From Candidatus Spongiisociaceae bacterium (GTDB taxonomy: Bacteria > Actinomycetota > Acidimicrobiia > Spongiisociales > Spongiisociaceae): 64,000 bases of DNA. The notes beneath the pieces were generated by a model, which saw only the letters and a program-made list of their open reading frames with translations, was not told the DNA's origin and ran no database searches. Location of the stretch: NCBI GenBank assembly GCA_965219685.1, contig CBDCOH010000002.1:2848001-2912000 (forward strand), in the 5' to 3' direction. The translations under genes and the position numbers were made by a program. Positions 36,447 to 45,314 of this stretch are shown in pieces. How positions within the stretch are numbered: the stretch's first letter is position 1; every line of letters begins with the position of its first letter.

Positions 36447-36745
36447 CCAGCGCATGGCAGGTCGCAACGGCTCGGCTTCCGCGCAACTCCAACCACCGGG
36501 CCTCCGGAAAGAACGGAGCCTGGGTCGGCGATGTTTGTGCCTGCGACATCCCGAACTATGCACGACCGGTGTGAAAGGTAACAGCCCCCTTGTCGGCGTC
36601 CGGGTCCGCGAGGAACGGGCGAGCGCCACCCTTCCCATCGAGAGGCGCCGGGTGCTCCCGCGGGCCTTCCGGCCCGGTCGGCACACTCGAGGGGAGTACC
36701 GTCAGCGGCCGATAGCCGGGACACGGCCTTGGCGGTCGGTCTGTT

Positions 36746-37185
36746 TCAGGGCACCAGCAGGATCACAGTCTCGGCCACGCAGGCAGGCCGGTCGCTTCCC
36801 TCCAACTCGACCGTGACCCTCTCGTTCACCCGCACCCCTTTGGCGGTCTCCGAGACCGAGGCCAACTCGGAGACCACCCGCACCCTCGAACCGGCCGGAA
36901 CGGGGGAGACGAACCTGACCCTCTCGAGGCCGTAGTTGATGATCATCGCGACCCCGCTTACGTCGAGGCGGGGGCCGATACCGGGGATCAGGGCGAGGGT
37001 CATGAAACCTGGGCAATGGTCGAACCGAATGGGCCCCGGCTTGCACGCTCGGCATCCACGTGGATCCACTGGTGGTCGCGAGTTGCGTCCGCGAACTTGT
37101 CGATGTCGGCCTGGGTGACGGTGTGCCACTCGCCCACGCCTGTCACCTCGCCGATCCTCGCCTCCAGGTCTTCCTTGACACCCAT
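36746..37185 (-). pseudogene. MaoC-family dehydratase interrupted by a 1-nt deletion near 37010
   Basis: [26 protein letters not shown] in one frame continues as GFMTLAL..NYGLERVRF in another; the His codon of TIAHG lacks one base. Could be a sequencing error. Confidence 0.85.
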
Positions 37186-37323
37186 CGGACCTCCTCCGTC
37201 GGGACGACGCTAACCGCGGCGATCCGGGTCCGGCAACGGCGCCGTGGACACCCATGGTCCGCCTCCTGCCCGACCGGGCGGGCGACGGGAGGTCGGCGCC
37301 CGCGGCCGGAGAGAACGGCTCGT

Positions 37324-38049
37324 TCAGATGCCGCTCTCCTCCAGAGCGACGCGGATTCTCCTGAAGCCCCGGCCCTTGGACTGGATCTTGGTGATCCTCA
37401 CCCTGCCTACCTCGGCGGTGGATCCGACGTGGGTGCCTCCGTCCGCCTGGCGGTCCAGACCCACGATGTCGATGACGCGGATGTTCCGCACCGACGGCGG
37501 GATGAGGTTGACCTTGGTGCGTATCAGGCTGGGGTCCTGGTCAGCTTCCTCACGCGGCATGAACGACACCTCGATGGGGAGCCGGCAGGCGATGGCGGCG
37601 TTGAGCGCCTCCTCCAGCGGGGTGCGGTTCTCCGGGTCCCAGTCGGGCAGCTCGAAGTCGAGCCGACCGTGACCGGGCTCCATGTTCCCCCCGGTCACAG
37701 GGCTGCGGAACCAGTCCCACACCACGCCGCACAGGGCATGCATGGATGTGTGGGTACGCATCAGCAGGTAACGCCGGTCCCAGTCGATCCGTCCCTCTAC
37801 CCGGGCGCCCACTCCGGGCAGATTCCCGTCGAGCCAGTGCCAGACCCCGTCGGAGTCCTGGGTCACCCTGACCACGTCCAAGCGGTCGTCACCCACCCAC
37901 AGAGACCCCCGATCGATGGGCTGGCCACCCCCTCCCGGGTAGAAGACCGTCCGGTCCAGCAGCACCCTCCCGTCGCCCGGGTCGGAGGCGACGACCGCCG
38001 CGGTCATTTCGGATACGTATGCGTCGGTTGAGTAGATCCGTTCCGTCAT
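37324..38049 (-). CDS. alaX: Alanyl-tRNA editing protein AlaX
   Basis: LDRTVFYPGGGGQP, MRTHTSMHAL (HxxxH) and QADGGTHV. Confidence 0.92.
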   Translation of the reverse strand: MTERIYSTDAYVSEMTAAVVASDPGDGRVLLDRTVFYPGGGGQPIDRGSLWVGDDRLDVVRVTQDSDGVWHWLDGNLPGVGARVEGRIDWDRRYLLMRTHTSMHALCGVVWDWFRSPVTGGNMEPGHGRLDFELPDWDPENRTPLEEALNAAIACRLPIEVSFMPREEADQDPSLIRTKVNLIPPSVRNIRVIDIVGLDRQADGGTHVGSTAEVGRVRITKIQSKGRGFRRIRVALEESGI

Positions 38050-38137
38050 CCCCTCAACCTACCCGCCCTGGAGGTCATTGCCACCCCCGTCCTGCACATC
38101 GGGGAGTCGGGGACGCTTCCGCAGCCGGACGTGCCCG

Positions 38138-39031
38138 CTACGTTCCGGATCCGGATCCTTCGAGGTCGGCCCGGAAGAAGCGGGTCGTCGGGTAGGCCAG
38201 ATCGACCTCGGGCGTCTCGTTGATCGCTCGAAGCAGATCCTGCCAGATCCTGGACTCGACGAGCCGTCGGCCGCGCGCCGGCACGAGCACGCGTCCGGTC
38301 ACCGTTGCGCCGAAGTCGATCGCCTTCACGTAGACCGCGGGCTCCAGATCCCGGTAGAGGCCGAAGTACTGGTTCGCGGCCCGCTCGGAGTCGGCTACCT
38401 CCACCACCTGCCCGGGATCGGCCGCGTGGCGGTCGATGGCCGCCTGGACGAGTTCACGGGCCACCTCCCAGTCGCTCTCGAATGTGACCGTGACCGGGAC
38501 CTCGAGCCAGATGTAGGGGAATCCCTCGTTGTAGTTCGCCAGCGGCTCGACGAAGACGATGCCGTTGGGAATGTGGAGCACCCGCCCGGTCGTCTGGTCC
38601 GCGTCTACCCAGTTCCCTATCTCTATCAGGGTGAACCGAAAGACCCCGATGTCGATCACGTCCCCCGCATTCGGTCCCACCTCGATCCGGTCCCCGACCT
38701 TGAAGGGCCGGCGGAAGAGGATCAGCACCCAGCCGGCCATGTTCTTTAGGACATCCGAGAGGGCGATGGCGATGCCGGCGGACAGGAGACCGATGAACGA
38801 ACCCGCGCCGGAGAGGTGCTGGGTCCACACCGATGCGAGGACGAATATCACCAGCGCCACCGATATGTAGAAGGAGAGCTTTCGCGCCCGGAAGGCGGCC
38901 TCGGCATCGTTGAGGCGGGTCACCACGGTGCGCAGGACCAGGTACCGGAGCGTGAAGATCAGAACGAGAAAGAGAACGCTGAGGCCGAGGTTGAGCGAGT
39001 TGTCGGAGATCAGGCTCGGGAGGCGTTCCAT
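38138..39031 (-). CDS. MscS family mechanosensitive channel
   Basis: GLLSAGIAIAL, RPFKVGDRIEVG..GDVIDI and IPNG. Confidence 0.92.
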   Translation of the reverse strand: MERLPSLISDNSLNLGLSVLFLVLIFTLRYLVLRTVVTRLNDAEAAFRARKLSFYISVALVIFVLASVWTQHLSGAGSFIGLLSAGIAIALSDVLKNMAGWVLILFRRPFKVGDRIEVGPNAGDVIDIGVFRFTLIEIGNWVDADQTTGRVLHIPNGIVFVEPLANYNEGFPYIWLEVPVTVTFESDWEVARELVQAAIDRHAADPGQVVEVADSERAANQYFGLYRDLEPAVYVKAIDFGATVTGRVLVPARGRRLVESRIWQDLLRAINETPEVDLAYPTTRFFRADLEGSGSGT

Positions 39032-39093
39032 CTCCCGGAGAGGCTAGCCAACGACCGGCTGCGCGGCCGGTCGTCAGACTCCGGATATCCGGA

Positions 39094-39417
39094 TCAACCG
39101 ACCTCGCGGAACTCCCTCACGAGGAGCCGCCGCAACCTGCGGCGCTCGCCCCTGGTGGTGCCGCCCCATATGCCCTCGGTCTGGTTGGTGAACACGGCAT
39201 AGGACAGGCAATCCCACGCTACCTCGCAGGGTTCGCAGGTCTGCTTGGCCCTCTCGACCCCTACGTGGTCCCCTTCGTCGGGGAAAAACATTCCCGGGTC
39301 GAGGTCCCGGCATGCGGCCCGGTCCCGCCACGAGGTCATGCCCTCGACGGCGGGCTCGACGGCCGATGCGACGACGTCGAGAGCCGGTGTACTGATGAGG
39401 ATCTGCTGCTCTTCCAT
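39094..39417 (-). CDS. WhiB family Fe-S transcription regulator
   Basis: WRDRAAC...FFP...AKQTCEPCEVAWDCL...GIWGG. Confidence 0.93.
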   Translation of the reverse strand: MEEQQILISTPALDVVASAVEPAVEGMTSWRDRAACRDLDPGMFFPDEGDHVGVERAKQTCEPCEVAWDCLSYAVFTNQTEGIWGGTTRGERRRLRRLLVREFREVG

Positions 39418-39513
39418 ACCCCGCATAACACCGGACAAGGGCTATTTGTTCCGTACCGAACCAAAATAGTTTGGGAACGAACGGTAAACGTTAGGTTACA
39501 AACAAACCAGGTA

Positions 39514-40749
39514 TCAGGCCTGGTAGGAGTTCGGAACGTGCCCGGGTTCGTACCGGGCCAGCTCCCGGCGGGCGACCGCCATTATGTGTACCTCATCGGG
39601 CCCGTCGACAATCTGCAAGGCCCTCACCTGTGCGTACATCTGCGCCAGGGGAAACGAATCGGACACGCCGGCGGCGCCGAACAGCTGGATGGCCCGGTCG
39701 ACCACCGCCTTGGCCATCCTGGGGACCGCGACCTTGATGGCGGATATCTCGACGCGCGCCGACCTCACCCCGACCGTGTCGATCAGCCAGGCGGTCTTGA
39801 GCACCAGCAGCCGCGCCTGCTCGATCAGGATGCGGGAGTCGGCGATCCAGTCCTGGACCACACCATGACCTGCCAGGGTCGACCCGAAGGCCTCCCTGGC
39901 CTTGGCGCGGGAGCACATCATGTCGAAGGCCCGCTCCGCCATACCGATGGCGCGCATGCAATGGTGGATCCTGCCCGGTCCCAACCGGGCCTGGGCGATA
40001 GCGAAGCCCGCTCCCCTCTCGCCGACCAGGTTGGTTGCCGGTACTCGCACGCCGTCGAAGTTGATAGTGGCGTGGCCGCCCCGCTCGTGGTAGCCGAATA
40101 TCGAGGAGTCGTGCTCGATCTCGACTCCGGGGGTGTCGAGCGGTACGAGCACGATGCTCTGGCGACGGTAGGGATGGCCCTCGGGCTCGCTCACCCCCAT
40201 CACCAGCGCCACGCGGCACCTGGGGCTGGCAGCCCCCGTCGAGAACCACTTCCGCCCGTGGATCACGAAATCACCGCCCTCCTCGACGATCCGGGTACGG
40301 ATGTTGCGTGGATCCGACGAAGCCACATCCGGCTCGGTCATCGAGATGCAGGAACGGATGGCGCCGTCGAGCAGCGGATACAGCCAGCGTCGCTTCTGCT
40401 CGTCGGTGCCGAACAGGTACAGGGTCTCCATGTTGCCGGTGTCGGGCGCCGAACAGTTCAGTGCCTCGGGCGCCAGGGATGGGCTCCGCCCGGTCACCTC
40501 GGCCAGCGGGGCGTACTCGAGAACCGAGAGCCCGGCCCCCAGTTCCGGATCGGACAGGAACAGGTTCCACAACCCACGGGACCTCGCCTCGGCCTTCAAC
40601 TCCTCCATGATCGGCGGGTGGTGATGCGGATCACCCGCCTCCGCCATCTGCCGCTCGTACACGGCCTCGGCGGGATACACGAAGTCGTCCATGAACACCG
40701 AGAGAGTCGCCTGAAGCTCCCTGACCCGGCCCGAGAAGTCAAAGTCCAA
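39514..40749 (-). CDS. Acyl-CoA dehydrogenase (ACAD10/11-like)
   Basis: NCSAPDTGNMETL, MTEPDVASSD, AQARLGPGRIHHCMR and IVDGPDEVH. Confidence 0.94.
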   Translation of the reverse strand: MDFDFSGRVRELQATLSVFMDDFVYPAEAVYERQMAEAGDPHHHPPIMEELKAEARSRGLWNLFLSDPELGAGLSVLEYAPLAEVTGRSPSLAPEALNCSAPDTGNMETLYLFGTDEQKRRWLYPLLDGAIRSCISMTEPDVASSDPRNIRTRIVEEGGDFVIHGRKWFSTGAASPRCRVALVMGVSEPEGHPYRRQSIVLVPLDTPGVEIEHDSSIFGYHERGGHATINFDGVRVPATNLVGERGAGFAIAQARLGPGRIHHCMRAIGMAERAFDMMCSRAKAREAFGSTLAGHGVVQDWIADSRILIEQARLLVLKTAWLIDTVGVRSARVEISAIKVAVPRMAKAVVDRAIQLFGAAGVSDSFPLAQMYAQVRALQIVDGPDEVHIMAVARRELARYEPGHVPNSYQA

Positions 40750-40822
40750 CCACTACCTCCGGTCTGAGACACAGAGACGATAGCAATCAGCTGTTTGGCG
40801 CCAACGCAGATCGGGCTAGTTC

Positions 40823-41827
40823 CTAGCGCCCCGGCCCTAGATCCGGTTCCAAGAACCAGGGTTTCGATGGTGGAGAGTGATCGTAGAATCGTTCCCCCGG
40901 CTGCGCCGGTGACCACAAGGAATGATCGTCATCGCCGAACAGGCTCGTCAATCCCATAAACTCATTGTCCAGTCGTATCCGAATTCGACGTGCATCCTCA
41001 CGCATCTTCGGAAACTCTTCAGCGGCCTGCGCGTACACCGACCGCATAATTCGATCGCCCGCATCATTGTCCGTTGCGAAGATCATGTAGTAGATAATCT
41101 GCCCGCGTTCGTTCCGAACCTCGATGGCATGTGTCCACCGATAGCGGAGGTCAGTTTCGAGCCTCCATCTCATTAGATTGAGATACTCTTCTCGTGCCCG
41201 ATGAGGCTCGATTATGTTTCGTAAGCGTGCCAGGTATATGTGGCGCCAGTCAGTGGTACCGTACATCTGATCTATTGAGGCTGCGTCGCTCGGTCGTACT
41301 TCGCGTCCGTCAACTGGTAACACACGACTGAACATCGGTGGTGCAAATAACAGAAATAGCTCAGCCTTATACTTCCTTCCTCTCTTGAATTGGGCAAGGG
41401 CTTTGAGTGTAATCCACTTTGCCTCCATACCGTTCGGATCTATGAAGGCGAACGTAGGTGCCCAGTTGAACATCTGCAGTCGGTTCAACTCCATCGGGAT
41501 CAGTTCATTACAGTCTCCTCCAAACACTTGAAAGTCACGACCAGGATAGTCACGCCGCAGATATGCCTCCAATCTCGGAGCATTCGTTTTGGTTTCAAAG
41601 AACCGAAGTTTCGTGAAGGGAGGATCATCCACGGATAGGGCAATCGCTGCGGATCCTTCAAGCGGTTCGTTAGTAAGCCGGTCACGATTTGCCGGAATTC
41701 CGGCAAAGGCATCTATGTATATCGTTTCGGATGCCTTTAGCTTGGTTGCTGTCGTGAAGGCATCCAAGTATCGCCGTAGGATATCCAACTTTCCCTTAGT
41801 CCAGTAACCCCAGGCTCGTTCCGTCAT
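40823..41827 (-). CDS. Three-Cys-motif partner protein (TcmP, methyltransferase-like fold)
   Basis: WGYWTKGKLDILRRYL, YIDAFAG, GDCNE and FAFIDPNG; lower GC; paired with DUF5131. Confidence 0.88.
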   Translation of the reverse strand: MTERAWGYWTKGKLDILRRYLDAFTTATKLKASETIYIDAFAGIPANRDRLTNEPLEGSAAIALSVDDPPFTKLRFFETKTNAPRLEAYLRRDYPGRDFQVFGGDCNELIPMELNRLQMFNWAPTFAFIDPNGMEAKWITLKALAQFKRGRKYKAELFLLFAPPMFSRVLPVDGREVRPSDAASIDQMYGTTDWRHIYLARLRNIIEPHRAREEYLNLMRWRLETDLRYRWTHAIEVRNERGQIIYYMIFATDNDAGDRIMRSVYAQAAEEFPKMREDARRIRIRLDNEFMGLTSLFGDDDHSLWSPAQPGERFYDHSPPSKPWFLEPDLGPGR

Positions 41828-41829
41828 GG

Positions 41830-42576
41830 CTAGTAAGCAACTCGCATCGGCATCTCATCGTGATGCCTACCATCTAGCTCCCTGCCGCCGGACTTAGGCG
41901 TACGCCCGCCCCACTGCTTGAAGAAGAAAGCTACATCCGCGATCCGACACTGATCGCGAAGATCGCGGACCCATGAGACATCCATGGGTCGGGCGTTCGG
42001 ACCACTCTCGCCACCTGCGATAAGCCAGTCGATGGACGACAGATTGAGATCGTGTAAAGGGCCTAGGAGAGGCTCGGCGCTGACAAACCGAACAACTGAG
42101 TCCACGCTGCGAAGGTGATTGATACGGAAGGCGTAGCGATCGCTCTCGACGCTCACACCCATCCATACGTTCGGTGGCCAATCCAGGTCGGAAGCGACGG
42201 ACTCGAGCCTCTTGGAGCGTTTGGTCAAGACCTGGTATGTGTGCCGCGGTGTGTCGGACATCACGGCGAAAACACGCTTGATGAAGTCCAAGGAGATGCC
42301 GGGATGGAACAGATCGCTCATCGAGTCTACGAATACAAGGCGAGGCGACCTCCACCTGTAGGGCACCTCTAAGGTTCCCTCATGCAATGTCAGGCCAAAG
42401 CCCGGACCGCTTGTCCTAGGATCTCCGTCGTTCTGGTACTTGGCCACACCCATCGCCTTGAGCCGTTTGGCGAGCGTCAGGGCGTAGCAGTTGTCACACC
42501 CAGCCGACACCCGGTCACAGCCGGTGGTGGGATTCCAGGTTGCGTCGGTCCACTCGATGCTTGACTGGTCGCTCAT
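41830..42576 (-). CDS. DUF5131 (phage Gp37/Gp68) radical-SAM-like protein
   Basis: IEWTDATWNPTTGCDRVSAGCDNCYA, SMSDLFH, LTKR, SAEPLLG, GGESG and FFFKQWGG. Confidence 0.95.
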   Translation of the reverse strand: MSDQSSIEWTDATWNPTTGCDRVSAGCDNCYALTLAKRLKAMGVAKYQNDGDPRTSGPGFGLTLHEGTLEVPYRWRSPRLVFVDSMSDLFHPGISLDFIKRVFAVMSDTPRHTYQVLTKRSKRLESVASDLDWPPNVWMGVSVESDRYAFRINHLRSVDSVVRFVSAEPLLGPLHDLNLSSIDWLIAGGESGPNARPMDVSWVRDLRDQCRIADVAFFFKQWGGRTPKSGGRELDGRHHDEMPMRVAY

Positions 42577-42609
42577 GGTCCTTCTCCCAGGGGAACGTGA
42601 ACGTCTCGA

Positions 42610-42631
42610 AGCGTATCAATCAACTGTGACA
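42610..42631 (-). promoter_or_regulatory. RecA-NDp/PafBC-like promoter of DUF5131-TcmP
   Basis: Minus strand TGTCAC-agttgattga-TACGCT, 33 nt upstream of the ATG. Confidence 0.7.
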
Positions 42632-42699
42632 GCGCCTAGGGGGACGCGCGCCGTCACCACGCAGCCTGCGTCACTCTGACGCAAGCTCCGGACCGGGGG

Positions 42700-43470
42700 T
42701 CACATGCTGGTGTAGCCGCCGTCGACCACCAGCACGGCGCCCGTGATGTAGGAGGCGGCCGGGGACGCCAGGAACACGGCGGCGCCCTGGATGTCCTCGG
42801 GACGGCCGGGCCGCCCCAAAGGGACTCTCCCCATGTGGTAGTCCCACACCTCCGGCCGGGCCTGCTGGGCGATGACCGGTGGGGTGAGCATGAACCCGGG
42901 GGCGATGGCGTTGACCCGGATCCCGTGATCGGCCCACTCCACCGCGAGGGATCGGGTCAGCATGATGAGGGCCGCCTTGGCCGAGTGGTAGGCCGCGTCC
43001 TGGTCGGGGTAGAGGGCTTGGAGACCGGCGATGCTGGCCATGTTGACGATGCAACCGGCCCCCCGCTCGGACATGGGTCGGAATGCGGCCTGGGAGAAGG
43101 CGAAGGGGCTGAACACGTCGACGTCGTAGATCCGGCGGAACCGGCGAGGATCAACGTCCTGCGCCGGACCCAATTCGCCTATCCCGGCGTTGTTGACGAG
43201 GATGTCGATGCCCCCCCAGGCGTCGACGACACGACCGACCGCGGCGGCGGGGACGCCGGCGCCCGCCACATCGGCCACGATCGTCAGGGCAGTCCCGCCG
43301 TCTCCCTCGATCTGTCCGGCCGCGTCGGCCGCCGCATCCGGATCCCGGTCGAGGATCGCCACCCGTGCACCATGCTCGGCCAGCGCCTCCGCGATGGCCC
43401 GGCCGAGGCCGCTGCCGGCCCCGGTGACGAGAGCCGCCTGGTCTCGAAGATCGAAACGGTCGCGAACCAT
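42700..43470 (-). CDS. SDR family oxidoreductase
   Basis: TGAGSGLG, NNAG, YHSAK and VNAIAPG. Confidence 0.93.
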   Translation of the reverse strand: MVRDRFDLRDQAALVTGAGSGLGRAIAEALAEHGARVAILDRDPDAAADAAGQIEGDGGTALTIVADVAGAGVPAAAVGRVVDAWGGIDILVNNAGIGELGPAQDVDPRRFRRIYDVDVFSPFAFSQAAFRPMSERGAGCIVNMASIAGLQALYPDQDAAYHSAKAALIMLTRSLAVEWADHGIRVNAIAPGFMLTPPVIAQQARPEVWDYHMGRVPLGRPGRPEDIQGAAVFLASPAASYITGAVLVVDGGYTSM

Positions 43471-43617
43471 GGCCCTTATATAACAGGGGAGGTCGCGGAG
43501 CCGGATAGACTACCGGTGCCACAGCACCCGATGACGGCGCCATCTCGGATTGGCGCGGCAACGGGGTTGGGAAGAAGGTTGCCGGTCCTGGCAACACGTC
43601 ACCGGGGGTTACAACAC

Positions 43618-44259
43618 ATGCTCACATTTGTCGAGGAAATCATCCTTCTGCTGCTACGCGATGACGACGGGAAGTTCGTTCCGGTCTCGAGGTTGGCCAT
43701 GGACCGTGCCATCGCCGGCGCCGTCCTCATGGATCTCGCGATGGAGAACCGGATCGACACCGACCTGGAGAGCCTCCTGCTTATCGATGCCACCCCTGTC
43801 GGTGACCAGTTGCTGGACCCGACCCTGGCGGCGATCGAAGCGGGAGAAGGGCGTGACGCCCGCTTCTGGATCGAGCACACCGCGCAGCAGGCCACAGAGA
43901 TACGCGAGGCGGCTCTCGCCAGGCTCGTCGAGCGGGGGATCCTCGAGCAGCACGACGACCGATTCCTGTGGGTGTTCAGATCCCGCCGCTACCCGATGGT
44001 CGACGGTAAGGCCGAGCGGGAGGTGAAGCTCCGGATCATGGGAGTCCTGCTCAGCGACGAGATCCCCGATCCCCGCGACGTGGTGATCATCTGCCTGGCG
44101 GATGTCTGCGGACTCTTCCGCCAGATGCTCTCGAAGCGGGAACTCGACCAGGCCTCAGCCCGGATCGAGCAGGTGCGCAAGCTCGACCTGATCGGCCAAG
44201 CGGTGTCCCAGGCAATCCACGATATCGAGATCTCGATCGCGTCAGCAATGATCTACTAG
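43618..44259 (+). CDS. GPP34/GOLPH3 family protein
   Basis: MLTFVEEIILLLL, AGAVLMDLA, LVERGIL and RRYP. True start taken at ATG 43618. Confidence 0.88.
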   Translation: MLTFVEEIILLLLRDDDGKFVPVSRLAMDRAIAGAVLMDLAMENRIDTDLESLLLIDATPVGDQLLDPTLAAIEAGEGRDARFWIEHTAQQATEIREAALARLVERGILEQHDDRFLWVFRSRRYPMVDGKAEREVKLRIMGVLLSDEIPDPRDVVIICLADVCGLFRQMLSKRELDQASARIEQVRKLDLIGQAVSQAIHDIEISIASAMIY

Positions 44260-44641
44260 CCCCAATTCTTCATGGATCGGAGTTTGTAGGGATCGATGGA
44301 GCGGGAGCTTTGGAGTCCTGACCTGGGATTACGGCTATCGGATAGCCTTGCCCCGGCGGCCGCGCGAGCCTAACCCGCCGGGGCAAGGGTGGCCCCTCCG
44401 GAATCATGAGGTTGAACTGGGCTGATGTACGTCGGTGTGCCGGGAACGTCAAGAGTCAGGGCTAGTGGCTGGTGGCTAAGGGCGACAGTCGGTAGCCACG
44501 AGAAGGTAGTATCGTCACTCTCGCGACCGGTATGGACCGGTAGAACCTGACGGAGGCGACAAGAGTGGTCTATCCGTCCAGGACCGTTCCCGTAGACGGT
44601 GACTTGCCAGCGACAGGTTGTAACCGGAGAGGAGGACTTGA

Positions 44642-44896
44642 ATGACCGGCCTAGTCCGTATTCTGCCTCGGCCGAGAGCCCCGTTCCTAGATGGAATGGC
44701 CCGACTGGTGGACATCGGATCCACCCTCGGTGCGCATAAGCGGTTGAACTCGCCTACAGCCGCAGATCTGTACGCTCTCCAAATGGACTCGGAAGCACTG
44801 CGCGGCGATTGGTCCATTGTCCGTCAAGATGCCCTCTTTGCTAAAGAGGAGTTCATCGCGGGAGTAATGGCGATGATCCCGACGCCTGCCGAGTAG
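44642..44896 (+). CDS. Small hypothetical protein upstream of DUF2335
   Basis: RBS GAGGAGG; FLDGMARLVDIG...DSEALRGDWSIV. Confidence 0.7.
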   Translation: MTGLVRILPRPRAPFLDGMARLVDIGSTLGAHKRLNSPTAADLYALQMDSEALRGDWSIVRQDALFAKEEFIAGVMAMIPTPAE

Positions 44897-44913
44897 AGCC
44901 AAGATCTGTAATC

Positions 44914-45309
44914 GTGACCGATGATGTTCCGCGTCAGCCGGAAGACGCGGATACTCCGAAGGAAGTATCGATCTTAGCTACCCAGAGCTTTGAGTGGACG
45001 GGACCCCTTCCGCCTCCGCAAATACTTGAGGCCTATGGACAGCTCATACCGGACGCTCCAGCTAGGTTCATGATCGTCCTCGAACAACAGGTCGAGAACC
45101 GTCTGAGATTGGAACGTGCAGAGTCCCGGCGTGACACTTATGGGCTAATTGCGGCATTTGTCCTCGCGGCGGCCATCATCGTAGGTGGCATATACCTAAT
45201 CGCTACAGGACACGACTGGGCGGGGGGATCGATCATTACGGTCAACCTTGTGAGTCTCGTCGGTGTCTATGTCTATCGTTCCCGGAACGGCAGAAATCCT
45301 GAGGGGTAG
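44914..45309 (+). CDS. DUF2335 membrane protein
   Basis: GPLPPPQILEAYGQLIPDAPARF followed by two TM helices. Confidence 0.85.
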   Translation: MTDDVPRQPEDADTPKEVSILATQSFEWTGPLPPPQILEAYGQLIPDAPARFMIVLEQQVENRLRLERAESRRDTYGLIAAFVLAAAIIVGGIYLIATGHDWAGGSIITVNLVSLVGVYVYRSRNGRNPEG

Positions 45310-45314
45310 GCGGG

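Noticed and set aside
37420-37460. AlaX with DGGTH in place of CGGTH
   Set aside because: As far as I recall this variant is common among actinobacterial AlaX proteins, so it is not treated as unusual.
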